A stretch of 64,000 bases of DNA. Origin: Eledone cirrhosa. Lineage: Eukaryota. Position 1 is the stretch's first letter, and each line of letters opens with the position of its first letter. A program made the translations under genes and the position numbers. Location of the stretch: assembly GCA_964016885.1 (NCBI GenBank), contig OZ024742.1, positions 47,740,001-47,804,000 of the forward strand, given 5' to 3'. Below the pieces are notes generated by a model. It was not told where the DNA came from, searched no databases, and saw only the letters and a list, made by a program, of their open reading frames with translations. Shown here piece after piece: positions 28,821-41,967 of this stretch.

Positions 28821-30763
28821 TTTATGTGTGTGTAAGTTTGAGTGTGCATATATATATATATATAATTGTATATTTGTGTGTGGGCGTGTGTGTATGTATA
28901 TGTATATATATAGAGAGAGAGCTGTTACGTTATTGTGCTTATAATAAGAGGATGTAGTAAGCAAACATTTTATTGATGTCTGTTTAAATAGCAATTTAAG
29001 AAGTATCTAAAAACTTTTTTTCAGATAATCGACACGTATGAGAGAAATAACGAATCGATGAAGTGGGAAGATACAATGAGTGAACAGAAAGAAAAGAATG
29101 AAGGCAAATTATAGAGTAGGTCTTATATCGGCTCAGTGAGTATCTCGTCATTAGTGAATGATAATTCAGAATAGAAAAGATTTAAAGAGAAAAAATGAAA
29201 TCTTGCATACTTTGTTGGTGTGACCAGACAAAATTTCGGTTTTGAAATGAATATGAATACCGCCTCGCAAAATTCTTTCAGAAATGAGTTCAAACGATAT
29301 ATATTGATATTGATTTCAAAATGCAAAATATAAAAGAAAGGAAGGAAGAAATATTGAAAGTGGGGTAGGAAACCGAATGAAAGAAAATGTGAATTGAAAG
29401 ACAATGCAACTAAATAAATAAATAAATATTGTGTGGCAATTAATGGTTAAGCATTATCTTGGCTTAAACTATTTCATTTGGAAATGAAAATTAATATATA
29501 TGCTTCATACTAGTTTTCTAAGAAAACCAGAGGGAAAGAAAGCAATAACAAGAGTTATTTCAACAAGAAGTATAATTCTATAGAAGGTAAAACAGCAACA
29601 GCATTACACAAAAGAAAAACAAAAAAAAGTAAACAACTTAGCAGAAATAGCGCATCAGACATGATTTCTATAGAAAACAATGTGAGAAAGAAAGCAATGA
29701 AAACAACTATTACGACATAAAGCACACTTTCTATAGAGGAAATACAGTAACAATATTAAATAAAATAATAGAAAGAATAACATGTAACGATGGAATTCGC
29801 TGTAATTCCACTAACATATTGATATAATATATAATAATATTGGTTGCTTGTTAGAACTGGGTGAATATGTAATTGTTTGGTTGTTGAAGTCGCTAGTCTT
29901 CTGAGGTTCATGTACTGTCACCATAGCTGCTCTGTCTGTGTGATCGATTGTTCCACCGGTTCAATTTGTTTATGTGGTTTCAAGTCATGAAGGGAGTATC
30001 TGTGTGATGGTTCATCCTGCTAAACATGGATATATCCGTTAAAATAAAAAGAAAACTCTGGGAAATATATCCTTATTATGAACACAAATCACGTGGTTTG
30101 AACACGGGAACGGCTTTTAATTAGAACCCTACACCGGAAGAACCAAGTTAAATAACACGAATCTCCTGGTTTATCAGTCTTTAAAAATATGATACATATT
30201 CGGTGAAGTAGGCAAGAAGAAAAACTAGAAAATAAATCTACACAAGCACGTGTTCAACAAACAATTAATACATTCCATTTGTAGCATATCTTCTTGAAAA
30301 TATGAACGTAATTGTAAATAGATATTAAACTCTAACTTATAAAGCAATATTAAGATTTACATGTAAGTAGGAAGGAGTTCTAAACTGCCACTGTATATAT
30401 TGTAAATGGAAAACACAGAGACAGAAAAAAAAAATATATATGTATGTACATATATGTATGTATGTACATATATGTATGTACATATATATAGTAAAGTCAA
30501 TGACTTCAATATGAAGACAATCCTTAGAATTTCCCTTATTTAAAACATTCCATTCGGTCTCTTGTAAAACAATATATATTTCCGAGTGTAGTGGATTTCG
30601 AGCAAATACGCAGATAAAATATATTTATTGTCATGAATTTAGGAAAACAAAAACAAAACAAATAGTTACAATACATGCGGTAAGCAATAATTGACAGTAA
30701 AGTTACTGCGATCCAGGCAGTATTATTTACTTCAGATTTCAGATTTCAGATTATTTACTTCAT

Positions 30764-31107
30764 GCTTTCCAGCATAGTTACGTCCCTTTACGGTCTGAGT
30801 TCAAATCCCGTGGAGGTTAACTTTGCCTTTCATCCTTACCGGGTCGATAAAATAAAGTACCAGTAATGAACTGGGTAATTGCTGGCCTTGTGCCAAAAGT
30901 AGAAACAATTATTTAAAAAAAGAGCGGTGGATTGGCAGTATCGGTAGAGAGTCGGACACCATGTTTGAAGCATAGAGTTACGTCCCTTTATGATCTGAGT
31001 TCAAATCCCGCCGAGGTTAACTTTGCCTTTCATCCTTACGGGGTCGATAAAATAAAGTACCAGTAATACAGTGGTTGATTGCTGGCCTTGTGCCAAAAAT
31101 TAGAAAC
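30764..31107 (+). mobile_element. Two tandem Nin/Deu-core SINE copies (30764-30910 partial; 30924-31107 near full length)
   Basis: B-box, core and tail motifs occur twice. Confidence 0.85.
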
Positions 31108-31287
31108 AGGAGTGGCACCCTGAGAGTGAACCTGTCTATAGAATACTTTCTGCTTTTGTTATTCTAAATATAGTTTTTAAATAATTACCTTTTCTTTAAA
31201 CCATCAACCAATGACCTCCACCCATCCAAATCTCTACCCTCTCCTACGACAAGAAAATATATAAATACCATATTACTTGGACAGCCA

Positions 31288-31336
31288 GCTTCCTGATGAT
31301 TTCTCCGGTATTAAACAGTTCTAGTCGTGTAGAAGC
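31288..31336 (+). ncRNA. Degenerate hammerhead motif (G12U)
   Basis: GCTTC-CTGATGA..TAAA-CA..TG-TA-GAAGC, upstream of a (TA)n tract. Confidence 0.5.
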
Positions 31337-31427
31337 TTTTCTATATTAAATATTCATACTCTGCTTTGTATTAGGTACCGAGTACCTTACTTTCTGTGGT
31401 TACCAGCGATTGAACCCAGGATAAACT

Positions 31428-31504
<77 letters not shown>

Positions 31505-32149
31505 ATGTATTCAAATCTTATCTTCTCGTATATATTGCTGCTCGGAATAGCAAATTGCATTTTATATTAATCAATGTGCATGTGTCCCTTTTTATGCAAA
31601 CATGATTGTAAAAAGGTGAGACAATAGGAGTATTTTAATAAATTTCTTCGTATTTGATATTTGGTATGTTTTAAATATTAAATATATATGTGAGATTTTA
31701 ATGAATATTAACATTATTCTTTGAAAGTTATTTCCTTCGGAACCTTAACATGCAATATATCCATTGCCTTGACGACATTCATCATATGAACATATTTATT
31801 TTTAGATAGGTTTATGTCCGATGAATTACTCTACTTAACGTGTTATATAGAAGAAAACATGAAATAGGAAGGTACACATCATCTGACTTGCACATGAAAC
31901 TAGGATGTGCGTTTCTATGTTTTAATGCGAGGGATATAACATGTTTGTTTCTTTATTGTTATAGTAACTTTAATATTTCACATAATGCAGGATAATTGAT
32001 TGGCAGAATTGTTAGAACATCCGAAAAATGCCATTGCTGCTTTCGGTGACCTCTTTACATTCTGATTTAAAATAACAATCGTCTACTTTAGCCTTCATTC
32101 CTCGGGGATCAAGTGTAACTTTGTGTTGATATTAGACGTTTATACAATA

Positions 32150-33720
32150 TAGCATGAAGTGGCTGAAACGTATATTGGTGAGTTGTTAAACTCCGCGTTT
32201 GTAAGTCTGACATCTAAAGCAAACAGAAAGCGGTGGAATCAAGCAAGGAGGGAATCCTGCAAGAGGAGAGAGAAGACACTGGATTGAATCTTACGCTTGT
32301 TCAGGCTGATGGCTTTCTGGTGCTTCTACAAATGTTACCCCTGTCCAATGAAAATAGGATGCTTTCACATACTTATAGCCATTAGTCATTTCCACAACTC
32401 ACTGTCTCCTGTCTGTAGCCCTTGTAGGTTGGAGCTACTGCTTCAACTGAGCAAGGCGCGCATCTCCTCCACGGTCGTCTTGAGCACATTCATGCTCACC
32501 TCGAAACAGTCTTTTTTCACTTTTTTCACTTTTTACACTTTTTTCCGAAGGTCTTCAATGTAGTGTTACGGGTGGTGTCCCTGAAGGAGTCCCAGCACTG
32601 CTGAATATTTCTTTTCGTGGGTCTGTAAAGAGGGCTTCTTTCACTCACATAAAGAATAAGAGAGCTTTCGCTGAGTACTGGGTCGCAGTTGCAGTGATAT
32701 GATGCTTTCTCAACTTAATGCATCTTCTTTCGTTTACATTTCAGATTGCAGCCCACAACAGAATGATCTGTGTCATAATTAGCACTCTGAAATGATCAAA
32801 TGAAATGGAACATGTTTCAAATGTTTGCGTATTGAGGGGATCAGATCTATTGGTTTCCAGAACCCAGAGCGAGGAAGACGTCAGGGAACTGTGTTGAACT
32901 TTGACGTGGAAGTAGGTGTTGGTGACTCGTAAGTGCTGGAACATACAGAGATCAAGAAACCGTTACCTATTGTCATTTAAGTTCCTAATACAAAACCGTC
33001 ACCAAGAGGTGATCGTAAAAACATCCTTGTCCTACTCGAATAGAGGGCTGGGATTGAAGCACTAACAAGGCTGAGAGGTCCGACTGCAGGCTCCCCAGCT
33101 TGCAGGTATCCAGTGAGGTGAGATCACCTTTGATTCCGTGGTAAACAGCCCCAGACACCTTGCAGTACACCAATCATGTACATCCTTATAACTGGTAGAG
33201 TGTGGTATTCCTGTTTTGCAGCAACGGCGAGGCGACACTGGTGTCTCCTTACCAGAACACAGGCTTCGGCAGTGTTTTATGAGATATCAGCAGTAGCCCA
33301 ATCAGCTTGTCTTCCCTTTCCACGTCACCGATGTTGTCCAAGGGTCAACACAACTTAGAACCGGCGGTGCTGCAGTAGTCCTGAGAACGATGTTGGATAT
33401 AATAACGAATTGACTTAGGGACTCCGTTACCGGATTTATCTTCAGTGTTTACTCCTAACGCCTTTTACATAAGAGGGTGCAGAGGTTCAAAATCAGAGTT
33501 TGCCTTCTCCTGTTTGGCTACCCTCCAAGAATGAAGAGTTCTGTCTACGGGAGAGAGCTCTGCTTTAAAGGTAGCAACAAAGGCCCAAGCCCCATTTCCT
33601 GTCGAGCATGTTAAGCAACCTGTGAATGATAGCAGTTGGATTTTCTTGCCAGAGTCTATTGGAGGAGCATCCAAATAGGAGCACATTTTAATCAGCGGGG
33701 TCTCATACCGACTACAAACC
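32150..33720 (-). pseudogene. Degenerate RTE-clade LINE 5' region (AP endonuclease and linker)
   Basis: Minus-strand peptides LRVTNTYFHVK, YDTDHSVVGCNLK, and ATLKTFGKK..DCFE..VEEMRLA, with many disruptions. Confidence 0.7.
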
Positions 33721-33795
33721 CTCGACTTAGCAATATTCGACCCAAACACACACACACAGACAGACATTTATATATATATATAAATATATAAATAT

Positions 33796-33860
33796 ACCCT
33801 ATGTATTGAGTAGTCCGGTGCGTTATGGTCCATCTGGTATCTTACCACACCTTCTTTGTA
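33796..33860 (+). mobile_element. Family A terminal fragment
   Basis: GTATTGAGTAGTCCGGTGCGTTATGGTCCA matches the A terminus. Confidence 0.65.
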
Positions 33861-34849
33861 AATCTATAAATATATATATATATATATAAGGATGATCGTG
33901 TATGTATGGACAATATATATATGGGTGTACACATTTTACACATTGATCATTATACTCGTCTTATTTGTGTAGAGAAACTTATTTTTAAGTAACAGATGTA
34001 TAAATTAAATAGCATCATTTGCAAGCCATCTGCTCAAGTGCACACCTATGTGGATTGGTTTCGCATTTTAATCAATAAAATAGAAATTCTGATTATTTTG
34101 TTCTATTCTGAAATGTTTGTTGTGTGCAATCGGTGCAACATTATAATATTTTCTATGCATCGTTTTGCATAAAAATTACATTAGATATGAGAATTTCTAT
34201 AATACAAGTTTGGACAGATAATTAGCAATTAATACTGACTTCGAATCATGCCAAGACTAATTTGATATTCATTTTCGTCATATTGGAAGAATAAAGTATT
34301 AGGTTTCTAATTTCCTTGTACGGTTGCTTGTTATATATTAACTCAATCAATATGTGTTACAATCTACGGATACCAAAGATTTTGTTCTTATCCCAATATT
34401 GTTTGCGTTAAAATTATGCGGGGTTGAATGGGGAAATAAGAACAACTTCATTATTTGAAGAATATCCAAATTTCTTGTGTTAACCATATGTCGTAAATTT
34501 AGACGATTATTAGTGAAGACCGGTTTTACCGTTTTTGCAGTCTTATTCTTAATGTATAAGAAATGTTCATACGAAGAAAGAAGCCTCTCTCTTTTACAAC
34601 CATCAAATGTTTCTATCAATATTTCATAAAACATATTTTCATGCGAGCAGATGAGAGACCTCTATACGTATGTGTAGACATAGCTGCCAGGCTTCCTTCG
34701 CCCCATATGGTACTAATATATACTACACGGAGCTAACCTTTGAAAATGTAATACTAGTTATAAGTATCTTGGTTTGTTCAGCTACAGTTATTGCTGGAAA
34801 TTAAATATTCGGAATGTCAACATCTTTTAGTTTTTGGATTAGCATCAAT

Positions 34850-34886
<37 letters not shown>

Positions 34887-34893
<7 letters not shown>

Positions 34894-35290
34894 AGCTTGC
34901 ACAGTATTTTAGACTAAAGAAATTTCTAGCCTGATAGTGGGGTTTATAACCCTCGGAGAAATGGAAAAAGATGAGTGTTGCCTTACATGGGAGTCGAACC
35001 CACATCTTTGGTTATCCAGACCAATATGCTACCATTACACCAATGCACATCCCATCTCCTTCCATTCGAATTAGAAGCTATGAACTTAGCAAGTGAATGA
35101 TAAACAACCAAATTATAAACGTAAACATGTAAGTATGTTTTTGAAACGGTGCGCGAGTTCGAAATTAGAAATTAGAAATTATAAGCTTTCACAGTATTTT
35201 AGACTAAAGCATATAATTTCTAATTTCTAATTTCAAACTCGCGCACCGTTTCAAATACATAATTACATGTTTACGCTTATAATTTGCTTG

Positions 35291-35292
<2 letters not shown>
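34887..35292 (-). mobile_element. (TA)n-flanked 290-bp unit plus inversion, containing a tRNA-like segment (34978-35047, minus)
   Basis: ATAAGCTT.CACAGTATTTT(T)AGACTAAAG at 34891 and 35181; palindrome 35105-35292. Minus strand reads TGGTGTAATGGTAGCAT-A-TTGGT CTGGATA ACCAA-AGAT-GTGGG TTCGACT CCCAT. Confidence 0.7.
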
Positions 35293-35358
<66 letters not shown>

Positions 35359-35361
<3 letters not shown>

Positions 35362-35535
35362 GAGTATGACCCCGACGGCTGAGCTCAAGCTGTTTCGACG
35401 GCTAATTAGCCGTCGAAACGGCTTGAGCTCAGCCGTCGGGGTCATACTCGTTCCTATTACCCACTCTACTACCCTAAGTATTGAGTACTTTGGTGCGTTA
35501 TGGTCCACTTGGTTCCTTATCACATTTCCTTCGTT
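35359..35535. mobile_element. Family A fold-back copy (palindrome 35359-35452, centre GCTAATTAGC)
   Basis: 47-bp arms with one mismatch plus the A terminal block. Confidence 0.85.
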
Positions 35536-35551
35536 ATATATATATATATAT

Positions 35552-36810
35552 AAAGAATTAGTATATCTACTAACATATATATATATACAGATGCATACTT
35601 ATGCCAGCAAATATATAGGTTTTGTCTTAGTAACTTTGTGGTTCAATGCATGGGGATGCAGAACAATGATATGAAATATGTAAAATAAAAAAATCATAAA
35701 AATTAACTTACTTACTAAAATTTCACTCCAACTAATTAGTTTCTGAAAGGGAATAAACATAGTTTCCGAAGAAACGTACGGAGAAGCCTTTCGTCATCAG
35801 GGAAGTCTATTCTCAGTTAAGTTTCCAGGCGATGCGTGGACACAGGGAACTTATACAAAAATAATTCAGTGGATGGAAAAAAGCAAAGCGTGGACTAAGT
35901 TCCAAGCCATTGAAAAAATCACTGCCTACTGCGTCGGTGGCAAATTCAAAAGAATCAATCGCGTGACATCGAGGTTAATCAGTGAGGAGTGGTTTATTAA
36001 GAAGACAGCAGCCGAACCATTACTATGAACTATAGTATCAGTTTTGGCCAATTTTGGCTCAACAAAATAATTTGGAGATAATTATAAAGAATTAGTATAT
36101 CTACTAACATATATATACAGATGCATACTTATGCCAGCAAATATATAGGTTTTGTCTTAGTAACTTTGTGGTTCAATGCGTGGGGATGCAGAACAATAAT
36201 ATGAAAGACGTAAAATAAGAAAATTATAAAAATTAACTTACTTACTAAAATTTCTCTCCAACTAATTAGTTTCTGAAAGGGAATAAACATAGTTTCCGAA
36301 GAAACGTACGTTGAACCACAAAGTTGCTAAGACAAAACCTATATATTTGCTGGCATAAGTATGCATCTGTATATATATGTTAGTAGATATACTAATTCTT
36401 TATAATTATCTCCAAATTATTTTGTTGAGCCAAAATTGGTCAAAACTGGTACTATAGTTCATAGTAATGGTTCGGCTGCTGTGTTCTTAACAAACCACTC
36501 CTCACTGAATAACCTCGATGTCACGTGATTGATTCTTTTGAATTTGCCACCGACGCAGTAGGCAGTGATTTTTTCAATGGCTTGGAACTTAGTCCACGCT
36601 TTGCTTTTTTCCATCCACTGAATTATTTTTGTATATGTTCCCTGTGCCCACGCATCGCCTGGAAACTTAGCTGAGAATAGACTTCCCTGATGACGAAAGG
36701 CTTCTCCGTACGTTTCTTTGGAAACTATGTTTATTTCCTTTCAGAAACTAATTAGTTGGAGTGAAATTTTAGTAAGTAAGTTGATTTTTATAATTTTCTT
36801 ATTTTACGTC

Positions 36811-36817
<7 letters not shown>
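35552..36817. mobile_element. Family F: about 1.4 tandem units of about 534 bp plus an inverted copy of about 505 bp, with HHR-like core
   Basis: AAAGAATTAGTATATCTAC at 35552 and 36086; inversion at 36311. CTGATGA-CGAA..TT(C/T)G-GAAAC at 36687-36725(+), mirrored near 35760-35800. Fragment at 58400-58485. Confidence 0.8.
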
Positions 36818-36903
<86 letters not shown>

Positions 36904-37153
36904 TATATATACCGGTTGCCACATATATATCTGTGACTTTATGTATATGTAAATCTATATATTTAATAATCTCCCGTCGGGTTGAGATGCAATTGGGCGA
37001 TATTGGACTGCGCTTTCTAGCAACCAGCCTACTCGCCGTAAGCAACTAATCACATTCTTTCTAACTTGACCACAGCCACGTCACTATTCTTAGCCATTTT
37101 TGAATCTATTGTTGGTGCGATCGCTTTGGAAAATTAACTGTCCGACTGAGTTT

Positions 37154-37233
37154 GTCTCCTGATGAGTCTGTTACTCTAGGTTCATCCTTAATAGTAGCAT
37201 ATCTAAAAATACGGACGAAACCATGGTAGAGAT
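37154..37233 (+). ncRNA. Fully canonical type I hammerhead motif in a (TA)n-flanked insert of about 600 bp (36910-37515)
   Basis: GTCTC-CTGATGA-GTCTGT..ACGGAC-GAAA-CCATGG-TA-GAGAT. Confidence 0.88.
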
Positions 37234-37513
37234 GTAATTACGGTATGTACACGTTTCTTTTAAGTTTAAATTTACACCTAATTGTGTATGGTTGACGGTA
37301 TATTTAGTCAGTTTCTATATGCTGTTGAAATGTTGGGTAAATACTCTATTGGGGTCACCGCGAAGAGACCGCTTTCGGTTATTTATCAAATATTTCTTCA
37401 TAGGAGCCTTTATTCTTATAGCCTGCTCTAATTGATTTTGTATATAGTTAATTACTCTAACTGGGAGACGAAATGGTATATATTTTATCTAATAATTCTA
37501 AGGACATGATTTA

Positions 37514-37580
<67 letters not shown>

Positions 37581-37581
<1 letters not shown>

Positions 37582-37790
37582 CAAAGACGGTGTGGTAAGA
37601 CACCAGGTCGACTATAACGCACCAGAGTACTCAATATTTAGGTTAGTAGAGTAGGTAACAGTAAAAAAGTTAGGATCCCGATGGCTGAGCTCCGACAGCT
37701 AGATCCGAACTAAGCCACCATTCTGGTGGCTTAATTCGGTTCTAGCTGTCGAAACGGCCGGACCTCAGTAGTCGGAGTCCTGCCTCTTTT

Positions 37791-37794
<4 letters not shown>
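37581..37794. mobile_element. Family A fold-back copy (centre GCCACCA ttc TGGTGGC)
   Basis: A terminal block plus imperfect inverted arms. Confidence 0.75.
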
Positions 37795-37867
<73 letters not shown>

Positions 37868-37872
37868 CACTA

Positions 37873-37998
37873 CCCAACTTTAAAATCTTCCCCTTCTACA
37901 AGTGCTCAGATTCGTTCACACAGCAACAAAGAATAAACAAAGAAAATCTATTCCTTAACAAATTTAAACCAAAATTAAACGGGTTATCACCCCAATAG
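37873..37998 (+). pseudogene. Penelope-like element GIY-YIG endonuclease C-terminal remnant (different subtype)
   Basis: PNFKIFPFYKCSDSFTQQQRINKENLFLNKFKPKLNG* matches the R..KE..FI.KFKP.LN end motif and starts just after (TA)n. Confidence 0.7.
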
Positions 37999-38434
37999 AA
38001 TTGTCATAACATATAAACACACATACGCACGGAATCACTACTATTAAAGACCAGAGACCAATTCTGTAGAATCAGGTTTATTCGTTGACAGACCATGCCT
38101 TTGTGTGACCAACACATCCATGTTAAACCCTGCACGTGCACACACATATATCTCTATATATATATGCGCACACAGAATTCACCACTGTCGGTTGCGGGGC
38201 CCAATCTACATGAAGAACTCAATGTGATCAGAATGACTTGTATTTTAATTTCACCGTCCCAACTTCTTATATTATGGAACAAATATATGTGTATGTATGT
38301 ATATATATATATATATTTGGAGACCATTTCTCTGTGTGTGGGTGTATGTATGTGTATATGTGTGTGTGTGTGTATGTGCGTGCATGTGGATGTATGTATT
38401 GTGTGTGCGTGTGTGTGTGTGTATGTATGTGTGG

Positions 38435-38484
<50 letters not shown>

Positions 38485-38639
38485 ATATATATATGTGTGT
38501 GTGTGTGTATGTATGTATGTGTGTATCTGGATGTATGTATATATATGTCTGTGTGTGTGTATATATATATATGTGTGTGTATGTGTATACATGTGTGTGT
38601 GTGTATGTATGTATGTATATGTATGTGTGTGTGTATGTA

Positions 38640-38688
<49 letters not shown>

Positions 38689-39222
38689 GTGTATGCATAT
38701 GTATATGTATGTATGTGTGGATGAAGGTATGTGTGTATATATAGGTGCAATTGCACTAAATCCCTTTCTATCACGCTCCACTCTCCTACCCACCACAGGA
38801 AAATATATGTATGTATATTGCTTCCACCCCTCACTGACCATTGCTAAATCTGACCTTTATAAAATAACCCACACCCCAAATAACTTCTCATTCACTACCA
38901 GAAAGGGACACAGCAGTCAACTTGTTGTTGCTACCTAGATGAAAACTACTATGAAATCCCACAATGAATTTTATACTTGAATTTTCAAATCTCAAATTTT
39001 AACTCTTCGTATTATTAATTTTTCTTAATATTAATCAACATTTGAAAAGATGGCTTTTGCAGACCCATCGAAACCGGTCATTTTTTATACCCTTTATTAT
39101 TTCCTTACCTTATAAAATTATATGTTTTTTCACAAAAAAGTATTCTGTCTCTTATATATTCCATGTGCCATTACCAACCTCAATTTTCTCTATAACCTTC
39201 GTTTTGTGTAGAAAATTACACT

Positions 39223-39266
<44 letters not shown>

Positions 39267-39857
39267 ATATATATAAACAACAAATTGCATGATCATCATA
39301 CATTCATCTTAAATAGGTGACTGTGATTCAGCTCCTAGTAATAGCAGCCAAAAATTCGTCAAAACAGAGATAACATTAAGATCACATTTAGGACTCAGAA
39401 TGGATAATTTTGATCACATCTGTTCATCAAAAGTAAATACACAAGATTGTATTGAAATGGAAAGTTTTACTTTATGTCCATGAGTTATAGTAGATATAGA
39501 AAGTTGAAACATGATATACTGTGAAAGAAACAATAAAATGAAGCTATATCTATTCACGATAATTGTATATAGAGTTGAGTTTTAGCGTACATTTTATAAA
39601 TATAATTACACCAGACAATAGTATAGAGAGACGGAAATGGAAAAAAATATCTACAATGTCTGTGACATATCAATCATGTTATTTGGAATATAAAAACTGC
39701 CCATCTTCCGAAATACGCGTATCGAAATGTTTTCTAGTGAGGCACATAAGAAAGCCCATAAAATAACGGGCGAACATATATTAAGGGACTGTCAACACAT
39801 AATATCAATATAAAAGAAGACGGATCACCTAATACGAGATTTGTTTTAATCTGTCTG

Positions 39858-39889
<32 letters not shown>

Positions 39890-39920
39890 TAAATATATAT
39901 ATATATATATATTCATATAT

Positions 39921-40002
<82 letters not shown>

Positions 40003-40005
<3 letters not shown>

Positions 40006-40173
40006 GTAAGAACAGATTCTGACTTCGACCGTTTCGACATCTACATTCAAACTGATTCAGTTCGGATCTAGCTATCGAAACGGCCGGAGCTCAGCCGTCG
40101 AGGTCCTGAATCTTTTCATATTAGCCACTCTACTACGCCAAGTATCCACCTGTTATTTTACCACACCATTTCT
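40003..40173. mobile_element. Family A degenerate fold-back copy
   Basis: CCGTTTCGA..TCGAAACGGCCGGAGCTCAGCCGTC plus the A terminus. Confidence 0.7.
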
Positions 40174-40223
40174 TATATATATATATACGCACGCGCACGT
40201 GTGTGTGTGTGTGTGGTTTGTGC

Positions 40224-40262
<39 letters not shown>

Positions 40263-41080
40263 CAGAGAAATAGAAATAATCTGCAGTGTTTCTGTAGTCA
40301 ATTTAGTTATTTAAACTCTTCGTTTCTCCTTGCTTTGTAATAGATTGTATCAAATTTTGTAAGCCATTTGAGTGATTAAATCTCATTGATGATGGACAGA
40401 TGGCATGAAACATTAGCAGTTGGTGTTCTTACGCATTTACTAAGGAAGCTGTTACATGACCCCCACCATGAAATAGACACAGTGAAATATATATAAGTTT
40501 ATTACACACAAATATATCGCATTGGATGATTCCCTGTGTTGTGACCTGCGCCATTTGTGTGCGACTGGTAATTAACACTGCTGCGTTAACCCATTACTAT
40601 ATCCATATGAACACCTCCAAAATGTTATTATTTGCAAATCTCTATTAAAGCTATTAGGTTTTCTAGCTCAGTACTGAAGGAATAAACATCACTTTTGATT
40701 GATGTATATACTGAAATACTAGTTCTCACATGACTGCTGAGGTAGTTGTGACGTGGTCATGGATTAAAATACCCATAGAAAATTCATATATGCTTATTAT
40801 ACATAATTATATTCTATAATCTTCCATTACGCTCCGCTCCCCAATTTCTCCCATTTTCTCTTTCTCTTTAATTGTATATACGTATATATATATATCTCTA
40901 TATATATACAATGCAGAAATATTTATATATCTCTACACAAGTATCGATACAAATATAGATACATACAAAGGCGTTCAACCAGATTTGCTCTCTATATACA
41001 AAAGCAACTTTTGAGTCAATATATATATATCCATGAAAAAGGGAACTATGCATGCATGCATATATCAATATATACATGCA

Positions 41081-41172
<92 letters not shown>

Positions 41173-41242
41173 TATACACACACACGCATATATATATATA
41201 TAAATATGTGCATGTATGTATGTATACATAGTTCCCTTTTCC

Positions 41243-41308
<66 letters not shown>

Positions 41309-41829
41309 ATTCAACAGTTGCTTTCTGTTCCGTTATCAAAGGCTTAGGCGATTGGTGATGTATGATTTGGTGAAGGCCGGGCAAGATTTGTTATATATTT
41401 ATATATATATAACCGATATATAAAAGTGGTTATAAAATATGAATTACACATAGGTCAAAGAAAAAGATGGGATTCACAATAATTCAAATGTAGATACAAT
41501 CGAGGAATTAAGGATTGTTTTGTAGACAAAAATACTCCATCACAAAATCGAGACAAGCAGCTGTAGGTAGTCAATCATATTCTTTTCATATAGAGTAACC
41601 GCTTATCTACTCTTGCAATACTGACATTTATTAGAATGCATTGGATGCCTAGATTCAATTGATCGTGTTCTTTACAATATATTATATTACATATAACGTA
41701 GACGTTTGTCCGATTATGTAAACTCAAGCGAAGTATATATTCATACACAGGATCATACATCTGCGCGCTCTCATGCACAAGTAGGCAGGCAAGCACACAC
41801 ATACACACAAAACACACACGCACACACAT

Positions 41830-41890
<61 letters not shown>

Positions 41891-41891
41891 A

Positions 41892-41962
<71 letters not shown>

Positions 41963-41967
<5 letters not shown>

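Noticed and set aside
34978-35047. Functional tRNA-Ser(GGA) gene
   Set aside because: The acceptor stem does not pair in register, there is no long variable arm, and it lies inside a repeat unit.
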